Assembly: GCA_002691145.1 (NCBI GenBank)
Contig: NZHE01000024.1
Coordinates: 78,115 to 142,114 of the forward strand
Length of the DNA stretch: 64,000 bases
Direction of reading: 5' to 3'
DNA from: Rickettsiales bacterium
Lineage (GTDB): Bacteria; Pseudomonadota; Alphaproteobacteria; Methylaequorales; Methylaequoraceae
Shown here: positions 60,776-64,000 of the stretch, one piece after another
How the letters are laid out: each line of letters begins with the position of its first letter
Position numbering within the stretch: the first letter of the stretch is position 1
Program-made: the position numbers and the translations under genes
The notes under the pieces: model-generated
Database searches by the model: none
Seen by the model: only the letters and a program-made list of their open reading frames with translations
Told to the model about the DNA's origin: nothing

Positions 60776-61738
60776 ATGAAAAAACCTAAATTCTGGAAAA
60801 AAAGATCTAATATTTTTGATGTTATTCTAAAGCCTTTATCCATTATCTACATATTACTAAGTTTACTAAATACAGCCTTTAAAAAAGAAAAAAGAATGAA
60901 AGTTCCAGTATTGTGCGTTGGTAATCTAATAATGGGAGGAGCAGGCAAAACCCCCACGGTTATAGCAATATCTGATCTTTTAGTAAAAAATTTTAATTTA
61001 ATTCATATTTTAATGCGGGGTTATAAAGGTAAAAATAGTAAAGCTAAGTTGGTTGATGAAAACGATAATATAGCTAGTGTTGGGGATGAAGCATTAATTC
61101 ATTTTGAAAATAACCAAGTATGCATTTCTAGAAACAGATATATAGGTGCAGAACTATGCCAAAAAAACGGTGCTGACTTAATTATTCTAGACGATGGATT
61201 TCAAAGTAAACATATAGTGAAGAATTTATCCTTTGTAGTAGTAGATAATTATTTTCAATTTGGAAATAAAAAAGTCTTTCCAGCAGGTCCGTTAAGAGAG
61301 CCATTATTTTTAGGTTTTAAAAGAGCTGACGCCGTGATTCTAATCAAAAATATAGAAGATAAAATCTTTGATCTAAGTTTTTCTAAGTTACCAATTTTTT
61401 TCGCAAAAAAAGTAATAATTTTACCAAAATTAAAAAAAAAGAATGCACTGGCTTTTTGTGGAATTGGTAATCCTGAAAATTTTTTTCAATCCTTGAAAGA
61501 TTATAAAGTTAATGTGAAACATAAATTAATATTTCCTGATCACCACATGTATGAGGAAAAAGAAATAAAAAATATTATTAAAAGTGCAGAAAAATCTGAT
61601 TTACAGATTTTGACTACTAAAAAAGACTTTATTAAGATTCATAAGAAATACCATTCAAAGATTAAAATGGTTGACATGTATATTAAGTTTGAGAAAGAAG
61701 AAAAATTAAAACAATTTATTTTATCTAATTTGAAATAA
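60776..61738 (+). CDS. lpxK: Tetraacyldisaccharide 4'-kinase
   Basis: CVGNL..GGAGKTP, RGYKG, GDEA, LDDGFQ, PAGPLRE, FPDHH, TTKKD. Confidence 0.96.
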   Translation: MKKPKFWKKRSNIFDVILKPLSIIYILLSLLNTAFKKEKRMKVPVLCVGNLIMGGAGKTPTVIAISDLLVKNFNLIHILMRGYKGKNSKAKLVDENDNIASVGDEALIHFENNQVCISRNRYIGAELCQKNGADLIILDDGFQSKHIVKNLSFVVVDNYFQFGNKKVFPAGPLREPLFLGFKRADAVILIKNIEDKIFDLSFSKLPIFFAKKVIILPKLKKKNALAFCGIGNPENFFQSLKDYKVNVKHKLIFPDHHMYEEKEIKNIIKSAEKSDLQILTTKKDFIKIHKKYHSKIKMVDMYIKFEKEEKLKQFILSNLK

Positions 61739-61739
61739 G

Positions 61740-62528
61740 TTAAAAGCTGTAATCAATCAGACTCATAGGATCTACTGGTTTATTTTTTAAATACACTCCC
61801 CAATGTAGATGAGGACCTGATGCTCTTCCTGTTTTTCCAACTGAGCCAATTAGATCACCTTTTTTAATTATATCACTTTTATTGACATAAAAATCTTCTA
61901 GATGGGCAAAGATTGAAATTATACCAAGCCCATGATCAACAATAATGGTATTTCCAGTATAAAACATATTTTCAAAAACCCCCTTTACTTTTCCCTCAGC
62001 TGGTGACCTTATAGGTGCTCCTATTGGTGCAGCAATGTCTAATCCATAGTGAGGTCTTTTAGGAACTTTATTTAGTATTCTTTGGCTACCAAAAACCCCA
62101 GATATTCTGCCTTTTACCGGTATAATAAAATTATTTTTAAATAATCTTTTATTGACACCAAGTTTCTTAGACTTATCAATATTTTTTTTATCATTTATAA
62201 TGTTATTAAAATCCTCTTTATTAGGATTAACTTTCCTTGGTTTAAGATTAGTAATTCTTTCAATTCTATACTTTTTTTTGGTTACAGGATATTTTTTTTG
62301 AACACCATCAATTTCAATATATACATGCTGTTCAAACTTTCTTCCGAATGCGAATAAGAAATGGTTATCATCAGATAATTTAATAGGTTCATTATTAACT
62401 TTTATTTTTTGATATGATTCAAATTTACCAATAATTAAACCACCTTCGCAAAAACAACCTTTAATATTATTAAAATCAGAGGAAAATATGGGAGTAGAAA
62501 AAAAAAAAAAGATTATAAATATTTTCAT
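61740..62528 (-). CDS. M23 family metallopeptidase
   Basis: Signal peptide, FGSQR, HYGLDIAA (HxxxD), HL, TGRASGPHLHW (HxH). Confidence 0.93.
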   Translation of the reverse strand: MKIFIIFFFFSTPIFSSDFNNIKGCFCEGGLIIGKFESYQKIKVNNEPIKLSDDNHFLFAFGRKFEQHVYIEIDGVQKKYPVTKKKYRIERITNLKPRKVNPNKEDFNNIINDKKNIDKSKKLGVNKRLFKNNFIIPVKGRISGVFGSQRILNKVPKRPHYGLDIAAPIGAPIRSPAEGKVKGVFENMFYTGNTIIVDHGLGIISIFAHLEDFYVNKSDIIKKGDLIGSVGKTGRASGPHLHWGVYLKNKPVDPMSLIDYSF

Positions 62529-63868
62529 TTGACTTTCTTTAATGTCACTTTACTAGAAAAAAACTCTATTTCAACTTTACTATTTAATGATATTTTTTTC
62601 CCATCACTTATAATCTTTTTATCCATTCTCGCCACACTAAACCCCCTCTTCAAAATATTTTTATAAGATAATGAGTTTAAAAGTTTGGTCTTACTATTAC
62701 ATTCTTGCTTGTTCTTTTGAATTTTTAATATAATTTTATTGTTTAATCTTAATAAAATTTGTTTTATTTTTTGTTCAATAATTTTTATTTTAGTTTCAAA
62801 TTTGGTTGGTTGAAAATTAATAGAGAAATCTTTAAGATTTAATTTTTTTTTTCTTAACAGACTATTAATTAAACTATTGAGCCTAATCTCAATAAAATCT
62901 AGTGACTGAAAATTTTGTTCAATTACATGGTTTAAATTTGGTAATTTATTTTTTTCTCTCTCCAATTTTATTAATTTGTGTTCAATTATTCCCTGTAAAA
63001 GTTTAGATGCGAAATTTGTTTTTCCCTTTAAATTTTCTAAAAGTTCTTTTTTAACTGGTAATGCTAATTCAACTGCAGCTGTTGGCGTTGAGGCTCTTAA
63101 ATCAGAAACAAAATCAGATAATGTTACATCTGTTTCATGACCAATAGCAGATACTACTGGGATTACTGAATTATCTATAGCTCTAACTACTTTCTCATCG
63201 TTAAAAGACATTAAATCTTCAAAACTACCTCCCCCTCTAGCAATTATAATAAAGTCAACATGAAAAATTTTATTTCCATACATTTTTTCAGAATTAACAA
63301 CATTAATAGCATTAACTATTTCTTCAACTGAATCTTTTCCTTGAACTTTAACTGGGTATATAATTATTTCCAATTGAAACCTTTCTTTCACCCTATGGAT
63401 TATATCTCTTATTACTGCCCCAGATTGCGAAGTAATAACACAAATTTTTTCTGAAACTAATGGTAATGCTTTTTTCTTTTCATCATCAAACAAACCCTCA
63501 TCTAGAAGTTTTTTTTTTAAAATTTCAAATTTTTTTAATAGATACCCTTCACCCTCATAATCAATACTATCCACAATTAATTGATATTTTGATTGAGGGG
63601 CGTAGGTCGTTATTCTTCCCTTAATAATTATATAATCTCCATCTTTAGGTATAACTTTCAAAGTCTTAACATTAGTTCTCCAACAAACCGATGAAATATT
63701 ATCAATTTCGTCTTTTAGAGTAAAATATAGATGTCCGGAAGAATGTTGAAATATTTTAGAAACTTCACCACTTACTTTTATGTAATTAAATTGATTTTCA
63801 ATAATTTGTTTAATAGACTTATTTAACTCAGAAACAGTAAATTGTTTTATGTTTGAACTTTCATGCAT
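62525..63868 (-). CDS. xseA: Exodeoxyribonuclease VII large subunit
   Basis: TVSELN, SGHLYFTLKD, TS..GAVIRDI, IIARGGGSFEDL..FN, SAIGHETD, TPTAA, LKRGFS. Confidence 0.97.
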   Translation of the reverse strand: MHESSNIKQFTVSELNKSIKQIIENQFNYIKVSGEVSKIFQHSSGHLYFTLKDEIDNISSVCWRTNVKTLKVIPKDGDYIIIKGRITTYAPQSKYQLIVDSIDYEGEGYLLKKFEILKKKLLDEGLFDDEKKKALPLVSEKICVITSQSGAVIRDIIHRVKERFQLEIIIYPVKVQGKDSVEEIVNAINVVNSEKMYGNKIFHVDFIIIARGGGSFEDLMSFNDEKVVRAIDNSVIPVVSAIGHETDVTLSDFVSDLRASTPTAAVELALPVKKELLENLKGKTNFASKLLQGIIEHKLIKLEREKNKLPNLNHVIEQNFQSLDFIEIRLNSLINSLLRKKKLNLKDFSINFQPTKFETKIKIIEQKIKQILLRLNNKIILKIQKNKQECNSKTKLLNSLSYKNILKRGFSVARMDKKIISDGKKISLNSKVEIEFFSSKVTLKKVK

Positions 63869-63910
63869 ATAATAATCTTATAAAATTAATTTTAAAGTTA
63901 AAGGAAATAT

Positions 63911-64000
63911 TTGAATATACTTATTATTGGAGGTGGGGGTAGAGAACATTCCTTATGTTGGGCTGTTTCTAAGTCCCCAAAATGTAAAAAACTTTTCTGT
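63911..64000 (+). CDS. purD: Phosphoribosylamine--glycine ligase, 5' end only (truncated by the window)
   Basis: TTG start gives MNILIIGGGGREHSLCWAVSKSPKCKKLFC (GxGGREH signature); SD AAGGA upstream; divergent from xseA. Confidence 0.9.
   Translation, partial: MNILIIGGGGREHSLCWAVSKSPKCKKLFC

Overview
A 64 kb, very AT-rich, gene-dense segment of a streamlined alphaproteobacterial chromosome. The gene order and composition suggest a marine, free-living lineage; this is inference. It is almost all core genes: ychF, mtnP-mtnA-ald2, petABC, hemF, cca, a MoxR/DUF58/BatA-DUF4159/vWA-GATase operon, amtB, an ABC-F ATPase, tRNA-Gln(TTG), ispE, ETF-QO, udg, moaB, rnhB, a PepSY-RR-HK system, mutY, dciA, dsbA, smc, the F0 atp operon, thrB, rnhA, dsbD, thrC, an aa3 cytochrome c oxidase operon, tldD/pmbA, gshA, rsmE, ubiA, msbA-lpxJ-waaA-lpxK, xseA and the 5' end of purD. 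I saw no mobile element, prophage or CRISPR array. Five genes are split by a single missing base in long A runs, most likely a sequencing artefact, and this hides a PIG-L deacetylase N-terminus and a CoxF-like microprotein from the ORF track. The most interesting region is about 15-20.3 kb. It holds (i) a translationally coupled GT4 + PIG-L de-N-acetylase + HpnL-like flippase trio with the logic of a glucosaminyl-lipid pathway; (ii) a sigma54/IHF/NtrC-type promoter driving an amtB that has no adjacent glnK; and (iii) a divergent unknown gene with methyltransferase-like motifs. Also notable are the DHAP-shunt MTA salvage operon and the uncharacterised MoxR system. All calls come from reading motifs by eye; no database searches were run.
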